A stretch of DNA of 64,000 bases from Felis catus (lineage: Eukaryota). The DNA lies in the NCBI RefSeq assembly GCF_018350175.1, contig NC_058368.1:64668001-64732000 (forward strand), given 5' to 3'. The notes under the pieces are model-generated. The model ran no database searches. It was not told the origin of the DNA and saw only the letters and a program-made list of their open reading frames with translations. Position numbers and translations under genes: made by a program. Each line of letters opens with the position of its first letter. The first letter of the stretch is position 1. This document shows positions 1 to 13,623 of the stretch, one piece after another.

Positions 1-1505
1 TATTACAGTTATTTTTGTAGTAGAAATGCTGCCTTGCATTCTTTCATTACGAGAACAATTTTATCAGAAAAGAGAAGGTCTGGACTTACTGTGTCAGGAG
101 GGCAGCTGCATTTATGTTACTGAATCAGTCTCTGCCAAGCATGATCATCACAAGAGATGAAATGGGGATGGTTAGAAAGGAAGGACGAGTTCCCTGGATG
201 AATGACATTATCCCAATTGGCCATAGTGACCAACTCCTTAGACATCTCTCCTAATAGCTGTTTCTTCTTATGACTACACATAAGAAGTGATCCTATGGAC
301 CCACTTGATTTAGTTCCTGATGTGCTGCAGTGTTTAAAAAGCAGTATTAACCTCTAATAGGAATTCAGAAAGAAATTTAATTCTTCAGTCATGCCTTCAA
401 AGAACACTTAAATTTAGATCCAAACACTAACAGACAAATACTTTTTAAGATTCCTTCTCATCTCCTCACCAGCTCTCCAGCTGTCAGCAACTCCCCAAAT
501 CCCAAAAAAACTTTCTTATGAATTTTCCATTCACTCCTGCAAACTCTTCCCCCAACATACTTCTTCCCTTCCTGTGGCTCTCCCCCAGAATGTCACAATT
601 GAGGCAGGAAGATTGTGTTGTGCTTTCACTATGTTCTCCACAAGCATTTATTTGGGTGCTTGTTCATATCACATGCACACCCTCCGGCTCCTCTGTTCTG
701 AGGGGTGAAGTGCAAGCCATAGGCACTCAGGTGGCAAGGAATCCTCCTTTCCATCACTTCCTGTGCACAGTAGGAGACGGATCTATGGTTTCTATGTGGT
801 TCAAAGTCTGAAATTTTTGTTTGTGCTTTAGCCACCCAAAAGCTTTGGCCTCCTCGATAGAAGGAAGAGACCCCCCCCCCATGTGGGCTCCTCTTCTGTT
901 TTGCTTTGATATCTCTTCAATATGAGAAAAGTCTTTGCTTTGTCATAGGTACAGGCGCTAGATTCAAGTCCAAGACCATTAAACATTTTCAGATAACTCT
1001 CCTCGGGTTGTATGAAAGCGGATGAAGTTATCAGAAAACAGTAACAGCCTTCGTTTGACTTTGCTTTTTACATCTGCTAAAAGTCGCACTGTACTTAAAG
1101 TCATAATATTTATCCCACGAGAGATTGCTTAAACAATAGTCTCAGAACTGCTGCAGTGTGAAAACACAAAAGATGTGGCTGAACAGTATAACATTAGTAA
1201 TTTATTCAGCGTGGTAGGATACAAGTGATGTGTCAAAATATGAGACCGTTTACTGATGACCAACTCAAAACTATTGGTATACAGCATGAAAAAGTAAACG
1301 CTCTCTAAATACCAGATAACCCCACCCCATTTTGTTGATGGGCAGATACCAATCAATGTCGTTTTTTATAGTATCCTTAAACTGTTAAAGTCCTGCCACA
1401 CAGCTGATACTAGTAACGTGAGTTTTGAGCAGTTTACTTTCTGTTTTTGTATTTCATCTACAGAGCCTGTAGTATCTCTTAGCGTTTTAGAATTAAAACT
1501 TCTGT

Positions 1506-1683
1506 GGACTGCCTGGGTGGCTCAGTTGGTTAAGCGTCTGACTTCCTTCAGCTCAGGCCATGATCTCCTGGTTTGTGAGTTTGAACCCCACACCAGGCTC
1601 CCTCTCTCTCCCTCTCTCTCTACTCCTCCTCAATGTGTGCTCTCTCTCTTTCAAAATAAATAAATAAACAAACTTAAAAAAAA
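1506..1683 (+). mobile_element. Can-SINE (SINEC), internally deleted
   Basis: tRNA-like head GCCTGGGTGGCTCAGTTGGTTAAG, CT tract, (AAAT)n tail; flanking direct repeat CTTCTGTG. Confidence 0.9.
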
Positions 1684-2400
1684 TCTTCTGTGTAAACTTC
1701 TCATGTAAAATAATAAAAAGGATCTTATTATAGTGTGCATTATTTACAAAAGAGCTCTCCCCCCAAAAAAGGCTCTTTTATTTTTACTTTTTCTAGGTTT
1801 TTTATCTAATGATTTTTTAAAAATAAAAGTAATAGGTGGCTAAATATAAAAGACGCTAGCAAACTCCAATTTCTTTTATTCGAATTTGTCACATTTACTT
1901 AAATGCAGCTTTCTGCTTAAATTTAACTCATATGAAAACTTTTATGTTGAAAAAAGCCTTGATTAATGCATTGTCTCTTTGACATGTGCAAAGAAAGCAT
2001 GACTATATACTTTAGAAAGACTAACCACTCTCTGTAAAATCCAGTGCTTAATAATACATTAGTCTGAGTTAACTAATATAACAAAGTGAATATTTATCTA
2101 AAGGTAAATTAAGATACAGGATAATCATATTTTAGGTCTTTTTTTATTCAAAATTTATGATTCAGTCTAATATGGTAAATAGGATTAAGTTCCTTATGAT
2201 AATAATTGTATCTACTTCTATGGTTTATTGATTGTGATAATAGGAGATAAGTTTTTCTCTGGCATTGCCATTTTATTTTAGATTTATTTAATTAGTGTTA
2301 TTACAGTCTTACTATATTCTCAACATTTTCATTCGTTACTGTAACATATCTCTTGGATCTAGAAATTTATCCACAGGAAGAGAAATTTTAGACAGTCTTT

Positions 2401-2616
2401 TTTTTTTAATTTTTTTTAACGTTTATTTATTTTTGAGACAGAGAAAGAGCATGAACAGGGGAGGGGCAGAGAGAGAGGGAGACACAGAATCCGAAACAGG
2501 CTCCAGGCTCCGAGCTGTCAGCACAGAGCCTGACGCCGGGCTTGAACTCACAGACGGTGAGATCATGACCTGAGCCGAAGTCCGACGCCCAACCGACCAA
2601 GTCACCCAGGCACCCC
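2401..2616 (-). mobile_element. Felid Can-SINE (SINEC_Fc-type)
   Basis: Reverse-complement SINEC_Fc body; 14 bp TSD TAGACAGTCTTTTT at 2389 and 2617. Confidence 0.95.
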
Positions 2617-3768
2617 TAGACAGTCTTTTTAATTATGTATTAGTTATCCACCAATTTTCTGTTACACCTAACTACTACACATTTTAGCATTAAAAAATGA
2701 AAATAAGAGGAAATTGAGGTCCACTCAAACTGTAGAAAAGCTTTGCATTTTCCTTACGTTACTGTAAATATTAAGGAAGAAATCATTCTCTCCGGATATT
2801 TTTTTAAATAAAAGCATTTATCATATAAACTATGCTTTCAACATATGAGCAAAAAGGTGCCTTCCAGGTGCTAGTGTTCAAATGGTCACACAAGAGATAA
2901 TAATCCCATTTTTTTGCAGGTAAATGAAAATCCAAAACAGCTTATTCTTCCCATGTGTCCATCACTAGAGCAAGAGTATACCTTAGTCATCAGTATCCTA
3001 GATAATGAAATTACACAATTAGAGCCTTTTATTACTTTCTTTACTCACTAGCCTAGTGAAATTTCAGATATTAAATAGATTTGTCTGTGTGCTTTTGTTT
3101 GTTTTAATGCAGTGTGTCCAACACTGTTATGTTGAGGCTAATTTACTTCCAATCAAATTGGTTTAAATCCAAATTAAAGTTTTTATTCTTCTCTCATCCT
3201 AATCAGAAATTTTTAGGAGACAATCAGATAAAATTTACACCAGGGAAGTCAAGGAGAGATTTGCATTAAATATTCACTTATAAAACGTATGACACTCTGA
3301 TAGTATTCTTATATTCACATTTAAGCAAGAAAAAGGATGTTTCAGTAAGGTGGAAATGCGCTTATTTCTTTTTTATGATTCATAAAACATTGTGGAGTCT
3401 ATAAATACCTATTGAAAATTCACGAATTAACTAGGTTCTTGCCTACAACATTAAGTTTTATGGACAAAAATTTAAGGGAAAATAGATTTTGAAGAAAATC
3501 AACACAGTTCTATATAACATCTAAAACAGTTTATACATAATTCCAGTTAAGGAAATGAAATCTAATATTTATTTAAAGACAACTATGTACCAGGCATTTT
3601 CACGTATATTTGCTTATTTTGGCTCTTGAAGATTACTATTATAAATTCCATTTTTAAAATAAAGGGAATGAATGTAGGTAGTTAACTTTGTCCAGGGTCA
3701 TACAAATAAAAGTAGCCAAGCTAACTCTGAGGCCATAGTGCTTCCTCTGGATGATATTATCAGATACA

Positions 3769-3997
3769 GGGTTGCCTGGGTAGCTCAGTTGGTTGAGCGT
3801 CCGACTTCAGCTAAGGTCATGATCTTGTGGTCTGTGAGTTCAAACCTCGCATTGGGCTCTGTGCTGACAGTTCAGAGCCTGGAGCCTTCTCCAGATTCTG
3901 TGTCCTTCTCTCTCTCTGGATCTCCCCCATTTGTGTGCGATCTCTCTCTCTCTCTCTCTCTCAATAAATAATAAAAACATTTAATTTTTTTTAAAAA
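3769..3997 (+). mobile_element. Felid Can-SINE
   Basis: Full head, CT tract and A tail; TSD TTATCAGATACA on both sides. Confidence 0.93.
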
Positions 3998-4223
3998 ATG
4001 ATTTATCAGATACATATAGTTCTTTTTAGTGCAACAAAAGATAATGAACCAACATTCTCTGTTTTGTGATTACATCAGTCATTAAAAGAAAGGGTTAATA
4101 ACTTTCTGTGAAGTCTTCCTATCTCACAAACTAAGACTAAGCTGTAAAAGTCTTCAGAAAATTTATTTTCAATTAAATATGTAGAAATGCACAGTTGTCA
4201 AACTTTTGATTAAACCACGTCCC

Positions 4224-4300
4224 TCTTTTTTTTTCTTTTTCTTTTTCTTTGTCTTTCTTTTTCTTTTTCTTTTTTTCTTTTTCTTTTCTTCTTTTCCTCC
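4224..4300. repeat. Polypyrimidine (TTTTC)n-like low-complexity tract
   Basis: Seen directly. Confidence 0.85.
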
Positions 4301-5977
4301 CTCAGAATGGGTCTGCTAATTGGATTGGAGTTTCACTTCCTCTTTCTTACATAAACAACATAAATTTTTCTTTCAAGCTTTTTAATTTTTTTTTAAAGAT
4401 TGCTTTAAACAATCTGAGTGCAGATTTTAACCCTTGTAGTTAGAGTTGTTTCTACATCCCTATTTTAACATAAGGTTTTTAGTGACTGAAGTTTAATAGA
4501 CTTTCCAGAGTATTCAGTATATTTTATTTATTATGAGTGGAATGTATTTCTATTCACAATCACCTAATAGCTTAGTTAGATTATATAATTATACTAAGAA
4601 ATACAGGCTGTTCCGTGAATGGCTAAACCTAACAACTAATGGCAGTGGAGATACTGCTTGAGTGTGGGACATGTCACCATTTAATCTAGTTTAACTGTTC
4701 AGTAGAGGCCATGGAAAAGGTTTACTCTACCTCAGACAACTGAAGTTCCTGTTTGTTGCAGAAAAAAAAAACAAACAAACTGCTTTTCCAGGCAGAATTT
4801 AATAACAGTTGAGCAGGAAGATGATCCCATGTTCAGAGTCAGTGAGTAGTTGTCCACTTAGAAATCAGAATCCATTTTCTCATGAGTTAAAATCAAAATG
4901 TTTAGAGGCATACGAAAATTTAAAACAATGTTGCTTGTAATTTCTCAAATCCCCTTCTGATTTTCTTTGGAGCCAAAGAATCAAGGACACAGACTAGGAG
5001 ACTGAGTAGAAGAATATTGAAAATAAGCTGATGCTGCCAATTGATTGCATCATGACCCATGGGTTTTAAGGGACCCAAGAGAGTTGAAAGTTTCAAAACT
5101 ATTGATCATGGCCCTTGGAAAGACTAATGCATTTTAAAGTCAGTCTGGCACCATTAGCAAACAAATGGAAGTGTATTCAAAAACATTTCAACTTGTCCTT
5201 GATTTTCATGATAATCTGGCTACAGTTTGGTCTTCTGTGGTAACAGAGTAAATAAACATCCATAAATGTCCCAATGTATGCTACTTCTAAGACCTACAAA
5301 GTGAGAATTTATTCTTCAGTTGTGTTGATGCACAGAAAGGTACATCAGAAAAGCCAAATTGCAAAAACTAAATAACAAAGAAATTACCTTGTTTGTCAAA
5401 TTTATTCTCCTAAATTCAGACTTTATTTGTAAAATAACATCTTTTGCTTTTTGACTATTATTTAAATCATTGTGGTATATTCTAGCTTACCCAGGAGACT
5501 ATAACATATAACATATTTGATGACACATCAAAATTCTCCATGATTGATCTTTAAGATCTACTATATTAGCAGAACTTTTGGGAAGTCTTTGATAACATCT
5601 GCAAAGACAGCTGTCATAGAAGTTTATAAAATTTTGATACTTACCTGCCTTTTATTTGAAAGGATAAGGAGGTCTTTCCCCACATCACATACTCACACAT
5701 AATGGACACTGTCATTGCCTTAAAGGCTGTGTGAAAATCAATCCTTTTAATCTTGTTACCAGTGCTAAAAATTTCCCTAGGCCAAAATTTCCTCCAGATT
5801 TGTTGATATTTAAGACATTTTTTTGCATTATCTGCTCCAACTCTTGGACAGAAAACCTATCATCTTTACACTAATCTTCAGCATTTTTAGGTGAATGGAA
5901 GTTATCTGTATCACATAATCGATACTGTAATTACCCAGTTAGATGTAAAATTTCATAGGCTGGTTATGGTTGCTGAC

Positions 5978-6463
5978 TGTGACAGACATAATAATGATCC
6001 CTCCCCAAAGATGTCTATGCCCTAATCCTAGAGACTGTGAATGTGTCAGGTTATGTAACTAAAAGGAATTAATGTTGTGAATTAATCCTGTGAATCAACT
6101 GATGTTAAAATAGGGTGATTACTCTGGATTAACTGAGTGGGCTCAGTGTAACCACAGGGTCATTAGTACTCTTAGGGAGGAATACGACTCAGTGCCTAGT
6201 GATATCATGAGATGTCCGTCCAGCTGCTGGAGGAAGGGGTCCAGGAGCCAAGGCATGGGGATAGCATCTAGAGGATAGAAAGGCAAGGAAATGAATTTTA
6301 TCCTAGATCCTGCAGAAGGAACACATCACGGTTGTTGTCTTGATTTTAGCCCAGTAAGGCCTGAGTAGGAATTGTGACTTTACAGAACTGTAAAATATTC
6401 GCTATTGTTTTAAGCCACTAAGTTTTTTGGTAGTTTGTCATGGGTGGCAATGTAAAACTAATG
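5978..6463 (+). mobile_element. MaLR solo LTR (MLT1D-like)
   Basis: Start TGTG..CCCCAAAGATGTC, internal GCCAAGG..CTAGA..AGGCAAGGAAA, end TTTTAAGCCACTAAG..AAACTAAT match recalled MLT1 consensus. Confidence 0.8.
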
Positions 6464-6504
6464 TCCTAGCTTCTTGGCATTTCAGAATTCAGCCCAACTA
6501 ATTT

Positions 6505-6524
6505 TTTTCCAGCCTTATTGAGAT
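6505..6524 (-). mobile_element. Ultra-short L1 3'-terminal insertion
   Basis: rc ATCTCAATAAGGCTGGAAAA resembles the L1 3' terminus; 11 bp direct repeat CCAACTAATTT at 6494 and 6525. Confidence 0.6.
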
Positions 6525-6683
6525 CCAACTAATTTAAGTAAATGATAAAAAAACCCAGAAGTTGAAAAACAAATATTCAAGTTACCACTACTCTTTCTTA
6601 CCAATGCAAATAATGCTTTGCACATATCTGTACAACTGAAATTAGAAAAAAAGTAACCAATTTTTTATAGTGATTTTACTAAT

Positions 6684-7595
6684 TTTTTCCCATTTTGAGA
6701 TATAATTGACACAGGGCACTCATATGTTTGAGGTATACAGCATGATGACTTACATATATTGTGAAATGATGATCACAGGAAGTTTAGTTAACATCCAGCA
6801 TCTCATACAGACACAAAAAAGAAAAAAGAAAAGAAAAAGAAGAACTCTCAGGATTTATTCTCTCAACAGCTTTCACATCTACCATATAGCAGTGTTAACA
6901 TAGCCATTTTCTTGTATGTTACATCCCCTAGTAATTTTTTTTTGTAAAACTGAAAGTTTCTACCTTTAGACTACCTTCATCCTTTTCTGTCTCCCTCCAC
7001 CTCCCAGTTCTGGTAACCACAAATCTGGTCTCTATTACTAGGAGTTATTCTGTTTTCTTTGGTTAGGCATATAGGTGAGGTCATATAGTATTTGTCTTTC
7101 TCTCTCTGTCTTATTTCACTTAACATAATGACTTCACGGTCCATCCATGCCGTCCACATGGCAGGGTTGCTTCCTTTTTATGGCTGACTGGCATTCTGTT
7201 GTGTAGATATATAAGAAAGTACTACTTATACTTTCATCCATCAGTGGACACATAGGTTGTTTCCATGACTTGGCTATTATAAATAATGCTGCTCTAAACA
7301 TGGGGTTGCAGATATCTCTTTGACATAGTGTTTTTATTGCTTCAGTTATATTCCCAAAAGTACAACTGCTGGATCATATTGCAGTTCTGTTTTAATTTTT
7401 CTGAGGAACCTCCATACTCTTTTCTATTGTGGCTGCACCGATTTGCATTCCCGCAAACGGTGCACAGGGCTTCCCTTTTCTCCACAACCTTGCCAGCATT
7501 TGTTTTCTCTTTTTCAGTATTCTGTCTTTTTTTTTGGGGGGGGGGTATTATCAACTTGTGGTTTTAATTTGCATTTTCTAGTGATGTTGAGCATC
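6684..7595 (-). mobile_element. L1 3' fragment (L1MA9/L1_Carn-like; ORF2 C-terminus plus 3'UTR)
   Basis: Minus-strand frames resemble L1 ORF2 end (WMDREVIMLSEIRQREKDKYYM; NAGKVVEKREALCTVCGNA). Confidence 0.88.
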
Positions 7596-7944
7596 AATCT
7601 GTGGGAATAATTTTAAAATACCATAGAACAATTGCAACTATTTTTTTGTAGTTCTCAAATTATGCTTGGAATGAAATATTCTTTGCCCAAAGCCAAACAA
7701 ACAAAATTAAAACTGTAAGTAAAGAGTGACAACTAGTTTCAGCATTGATCAGCATGGAGTAATAATTTTTTCAATATCAAATTATGACAAAGATAGCTTG
7801 GTTTCTCTAAAACATATTTGTGTTAATAGAATATTTAGTTCAGTTTGTTAGATCCTTATTTAGGTTTTTAATTAAGAGATGTATTAATATGATGATTTTT
7901 AAGTTTTACCAACAACATTCCATTTATATTGTAAATACATGATA

Positions 7945-8190
7945 ATAATAACTCACATTGATGTGCTTATGACTGCATTATTAGCCCTGGATGGATATTA
8001 GCCCTGGATGGAGTGCTTTATAAACATCAATTCATTTGGTCCTCATAACAAATATATGAATGAGGTGTTATTAATCCCAAGTTATAATTGAGGAAATTAA
8101 AGAACATGTTAAGTAACTTACCCAAGGTCAACAAGTAAGTCTGGGAGCCAGGTTTTAGATTCACAAGGTGTGCTCTTAACTGTCCAGCTC
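7945..8190 (-). mobile_element. MIR relic
   Basis: GAGGAAATTAA..GTTAAGTAACTTACCCAAGGTCA core motif. Confidence 0.6.
7979..8012. repeat. 17 bp perfect tandem duplication TATTAGCCCTGGATGGA x2
   Basis: Seen directly. Confidence 0.9.
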
Positions 8191-9422
8191 TCTCTCTAGG
8201 TCAGACATAATCTACAAATCTCATATGCCTTGTCTCAGTGATTCCTTCTAATGTCTTTCTGTAGGTACTATTGTTAACTCCATTTGCAAAGGAGGAAATT
8301 GTGGCTTAAAGAGGCTGAGTGACTCGACTCATTTTATAATTGTTCTACTCCAGGATATTTTACCCTCCATCAAATGACCCTCATGTCTTATGGTACACAC
8401 TTTGATGAAACAACAAGATCCAATTTTACTAGTTATACAGTTAGTGCATAATATGGTTATTCAAATAAGAATTCCACCAACCCCAATCTTGCCTCATTCT
8501 AGAAGGTTTATTTGTGCTAAAGTTGCTGGCCACTGATCTTGGAAGCTTGGGGGTAACAGAGGAAGTATCACAGACATTTGAATACCTAGCTAGAGTGGGC
8601 AGAAGACAGACTAGAAACATCACCACTCCCCCAAACATCCAACAAAGCACAACTAAATTCTGCTTTGCAAGTCCAGTACACCATGGATCTGAATGTCAAG
8701 GAACAGAATTTTAATGCTATATTGAAATCTGTAAAAAAAAAATGGCCTCTCCTAAAAAATAAGTCACAAATATATTCATGATTTAAAAATGGACTTATAT
8801 TGCTTACTTTGATTATGAACTGATAAAACACAGAACTATCAGAAGCCTGGCTCCTTTTAAAATACAGGCTGTTACACTGTGTTCTTTCCTTCCTATAATC
8901 TCTTTATGATCAAATGCAGAATATTTCAGCCTGCAATTTCCAATTTAATTCTTGTCCTCATTTGAGCTATTAAATTGGACTCCATTTCAGCAGCCACTGA
9001 GCCGACACTTGATCCTCTGTTACCAATGACTGTGGATCGCCATCTGCTTGAATGATTTTCACCATATGTGTTTAAAGAAAGACAATGTTTGATACAAGCT
9101 TGATGTAGGTAGTATCTGAAAATCATAAAAGAAGAGCAAAATCAGGGTAAACTGTAAAATTGCAAGCAAAAACCAAAACGATAAAAACCATATTCTAAAT
9201 CCTAAGAATAAGTATAGTTTAGAGCACATATTTTCTATCATTTTGAAGAAAATTCAGGTACAATTTGAAAATAGTTCCCAAACTGGAAAAAAATTAATGC
9301 AGAGTAGGCAACTACCAATTGCACATTAACATTTGAAACTTATTCTGATTGCTTGATCAGGGTTATTTGAATTTTTTTTCCTTTTTTTCCTACTGGGTGC
9401 TCTTCAGAAATAATTTTGTTGC

Positions 9423-9535
9423 GGGGAGCATCTGGCTGGCTCAGTCAGTAGAGCACGCAACTTTTGATCTCAGGGTTGTGAGTTCGAGCCCCACATTGGG
9501 TGTACAGATTACTTAAAAAATATCTTTAAAAAAAA
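9423..9535 (+). mobile_element. Short tRNA-Lys-derived Can-SINE without CT tract (SINEC_old-like)
   Basis: GGCTGGCTCAGTCAGTAGAGCAC..GAGTTCGAGCCCCACATTGGGTG..GATTACTTAAAAA tail. Confidence 0.85.
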
Positions 9536-10974
9536 TTTCCTTGGGCATGCAAAACTCCACTTGCTTTTTCTAAACTCTTTTAGTAACATATAATAATAAA
9601 TATTCAACTTAAAAGCTTTTAGCAAACATTGTTTTGTAATCTAAATATTAACAAATTGTCTTATTTCTGTATAAAGTCTTATATTTTCCTCACTCAGGAT
9701 CTTTAACTTTCAATAACTAATATATAGGGATCCTATGATATGTTTGGTATGGAAAAGATAAAATTAACCCCAAAAGACGGATACAGGGAGAAAACCTATG
9801 TAAAATCAGCACAGCAGGACATAGCAGATATTTTTTTTTTTCAAAAAGAGTGCCTGAATTGAAATTTATAATCTATGTCTCCTAATATTGATCTTATAGC
9901 ATGTCTCTTTTAATGATTTGTAAAACACTTTCAACTACATTGCTAGAACTGATCTTCACAATAGCCATGCGAAGTGCTGAGTTCAAATGTTATCTCAATT
10001 TTACCAATGTGGACACTGAGGTTCAGAGCAAGAAGTAAATCTCCAAAAGCCACACAGCAGGTGATGATTGCAGCTTCCTTCCTCTTTTTTTCCCCATTGT
10101 TTAATCCCAAATCTCAGGCTCTTTCACCATCTCTGTTTAATCTTATGGCTACAGCATTTGGGAGACACCACCAACCTTCAACGTTTCCTTGAGGAAACAT
10201 GCAGCGTTGTTGTGGACATCATTTTAGAGTGGGCCAGTTTTGTCCATTTCCAAAAATGAGGAAGGAGCAGAAAAGAAGCTGAGGCAAGGCTTCCAAGGAG
10301 GATAGTTAGAACATTGTCTGGGAGTTCGTGAACTGCATCCACAGACATGATTCACAGTAGCCCTGAAACATAGAGATGGCGATTCTGCATATTTCCTAAG
10401 AGAGCAAACAGAAACTCTTGGCAGTTAAATGGCTTAAAGAGAACAGTTAAGTAGTAAGTAAAAAGAAGAGCCAGGATATGACCCAGGGAGATCCATGAGC
10501 TTCGTGACCTTTTCAGTAATAGAAAGTTCCCAAATAATGAAATAATCCACATTTAAACATAAATATGAACCTTATCAATAACTTACTATAAAAACCATTT
10601 ATAAGTGTACAGAGGTGGAATTTTATCAAAAGTGTCATGATTATTAGAATACTTTCTGTTTTTCTTCCCACAAATGACTATAAAGACTGTGGCTATTGGT
10701 CTGATCTCAAATTACAGTCAATAAGATATATGTGTCCATTTCCTGTGGTGTGAATAACAGTACCTAATTCAAGTTTGTTGTAAACACTGACGAGGTTAGT
10801 ACATCTGAATTGTTTTTAAGGCACCTGGCAATAAAATAAGTGTTAGCCATCATCTAGATAGTCCAATTATGAGAAAATAAAAAAAGAAAGTTATGCTGGA
10901 TACTTAATAATCCCCTCATTGCACTGTTTCAGGGACAAGAAATCAACTGATTTTCAGTTATATAATTATCTTTC

Positions 10975-11196
10975 TTTTTTTAAATTTTTTCAATGTTTGT
11001 TTATTTTTGAGAGACAGAGAGAGACAGAGCATGAGCAGGGGAAGGGCAGAGAGAGAGGGAGACACAGAATCCGAAGCAAGCTCCAGGTTCTGAGACGTCA
11101 ACACAGAGCCCAATGCGGGGCTCGAATTCATCAACGGTGAGATCATGACCTAAGCCGAAGTCAGACACTCAACCGACTGAGCCACCCAAGTGCCCC
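10975..11196 (-). mobile_element. Felid Can-SINE
   Basis: SINEC_Fc body; TSD TATA(T/C)AATTATCTTTC at 10959 and 11197. Confidence 0.93.
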
Positions 11197-11349
11197 TATA
11201 CAATTATCTTTCAATATGATTTCTTAGATTCTGTTATAGTTATCAATTCATTGCCTCTCAGCTTTGAATCCATTTTCAATTCATGTCCCAGGATAATGGA
11301 TAGGATCGCTCTACATGTTTCTCCTTAACTACAAGCACAAAGTTAAAAT

Positions 11350-11945
11350 ATCTCAGTAGAGGGCAATGGACTGGCACCGCAGGGGGAAGAGAGCTTCCCT
11401 GACTCCTTCCAGCTGCGACACCCCAGGTCTGCAGGGCAGGTGTGAACACAACAGGTGATGCTCTGCTCCAGCCACATGCCCAGAATTTGTGGTCCTTCAG
11501 CAACATCGCAGTCCTAGCCTGGTAACACCCTTCCCACAGCCCTCCCACTGTGGACACTGTACCCCTCTTGTCATCCCGGGTGCACCAACTCCATTCACAC
11601 TCATGCCCACCAGCTGCGCTTTGCCCGCACCCTGGGTGAAGCTTCTTGCTTGCCTAGTGGCTCTGGATCAGATCAGGTCTGGTCAAACCAGTGAGCTTGT
11701 CTGCCATCCATTAGACTGCAACCACACTTTCTCCAATGAGATGTGAACTTGAACCTTGGGAAGACTCCCTTACAAGTTTATGTTTTCATTTTTTTCCCCC
11801 TCCCTCCCTCAGGCCTAGGATGCCTTGTATATTTCTCATCTGATAGTTATTCTCTTCTCACAGCATAGTAATTCTTCATGTTAAAACTTCCCTATTTAAA
11901 ATACCATGTGGTGTCTACCTCCTACTCAAACTCAGAGCAATATAA
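11350..11945 (+). mobile_element. ERVL-class solo LTR (LTR41-like)
   Basis: GC-richer block ending ..TTAAAACTTCCCTATTTAAAATACCATGTGGTGTCTACCTCCT.., resembling the recalled LTR41 3' end. Confidence 0.5.
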
Positions 11946-12521
11946 ACAGTGTAAGGATTACTTTTGAGATAATGATTTTTATCTAAATCCTGAATGAGAG
12001 TTAGAGTTGCTCTTTTGATGCCATCATGCTAGAACCTGTTTTAAGAGCTCATCTATTAACTCACGTAACCCCCTCACAACCCTCATTCACAAAATTGAGG
12101 CAATAGCTCCTTCAGATCTTTCTCAAGATAATCATCTGAATTTTCTCCAAGTTTGTTTTAACATGAGGAGTTTTATTCAGTGTCTAGCACATGGTAAGTA
12201 CTATTTGCATATTACAAATTACCATAATTAATATAAATTACAAGAAAATCTTGATCTTTCTTTTTCATGGTATTGGCTTTTCTTCATGTGTCTGATGGTG
12301 CTTGGTTCTCTATTCTTATTCATGTGTGTAGACTAGCTTATGTGAGATTTTCTTTCATTTGTGGATGATTTCTTCCACAATAGGACTTTCTCTTGAGTAG
12401 GAAGTTTGGCTCTGAACTCTGTGTGTGTAGAAGTGTGTCGATACCACTTGAAGTTAGGCAGAGGGAAGCCGCTGAGATTCCCCTAAAGCAGTGTGACAAT
12501 GACTTAAAAGACTAACCCTCC

Positions 12522-12648
12522 TGGAGTGACTCAGTTGGTCGAGCATTATACACTTAATTTTGGCTCAGGTCATGATCCCAGGGTCGTGGAATTGAGCCCT
12601 GCATCAGGCTCTGCACTGAGTGTGGAGCCTGTTTAAGATGCTATCTCT

Positions 12649-12699
<51 letters not shown>

Positions 12700-12765
12700 C
12701 CTGTCTTCTTTTCACTTTCTCTCTCTCTCTCTCTCTCTCTAAAGTAAAAAATTTAAAAAACAAAA
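12522..12765 (+). mobile_element. Can-SINE with expanded (CT)n
   Basis: GGCTCAGGTCATGATCCCAGGGTC..GAGCCCTGCATCAGGCTC, long CT tract, A tail. Confidence 0.88.
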
Positions 12766-13143
12766 GAGGCTGATCCTCCTCAGAAAGAACACTTATTACT
12801 TGGCAGTGTAATGGTGTCATTTTCTGGTCTTCACTGGAAGGAAGATCAGGGGTGAAAGTCATTGATGCCATTTTTTTTCTTCATAGTATGGGCAGAAAGA
12901 AGGGAAGAGGTAAGGGAGCTGGAAGGAGAGATGTATCTGGTCATCCATAGAACTTCCATAATTTTCCCAATTTCTCTGACATTCCCATTCTTGCTCTACT
13001 CACTTGCTCACATGGAGCTTGGAGGCCCTTGAAGTTTTGTCCTTAAAAAACAATAAATGGTTCCCACCTTCGTTACTACTAGTACTTCCTCTTTGGCGAG
13101 TTTTAGATGATTGGTTCCTCTATTTTGTTTTATTCTATAATCA

Positions 13144-13177
13144 TGTAATGGATTGAAGAGTGACCGCCCCCACCAAC

Positions 13178-13210
<33 letters not shown>

Positions 13211-13623
13211 TATGTTTGAGTCTTAACTCCCAGTGACTATGGATGTGATCTTTTTTGGAAAGAGGGTCTTTGCATATGAAATTAAGTTTAGGATCTCAAG
13301 ACCATCATGGATGCAACTTAGTCCCTAAATCCAGTCACTGGTACTTTTATAAGAGAAAGGAGAGGGAGATTTGTGACACAGACACATGTGAAGATGGAGG
13401 CAGAGACTGGAGTTGAGCAGTCACACATCAAGTAACGCTGTTAGCCACCAGAAACTGGAAGAGTCAGGGAAGGATTCTCCCCTAGAGCTGTTGGAGGAAA
13501 CGTGGTCCTGCCAACACCTTGGTTTCGGACATCTGGCCTCCAGAACTGTGAGAGAAAGCATTTCATGAGCTTTAAATCACCAAGTGTGTGGTAATTTGTT
13601 ATGGCAGCCCTAGGAAATTAACA
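13144..13623 (+). mobile_element. MaLR solo LTR (MLT1C-like) with internal poly(A) run at ~13179-13208
   Basis: GTGAAGATGGAGGCAGAGACTGGAG, CCTGCCAACACCTTG, GGTAATTTGTTATGGCAGCCCTAGGAAA motifs. Confidence 0.88.

Noticed and set aside
518..1080. Processed pseudogene or coding exon around the C10 run
   Set aside because: Frames are interrupted, no recognisable homology, and no poly(A) tail or TSD
5637..5647. U1 snRNA 5' end (ATACTTACCTG), also at 40376
   Set aside because: No further U1 homology downstream; it is only the complement of a consensus donor site
9423..9500. tRNA-Lys gene
   Set aside because: Has A/B-box-like sequence but carries the Can-SINE head and A-rich tail and a degenerate acceptor stem, so it is a SINE
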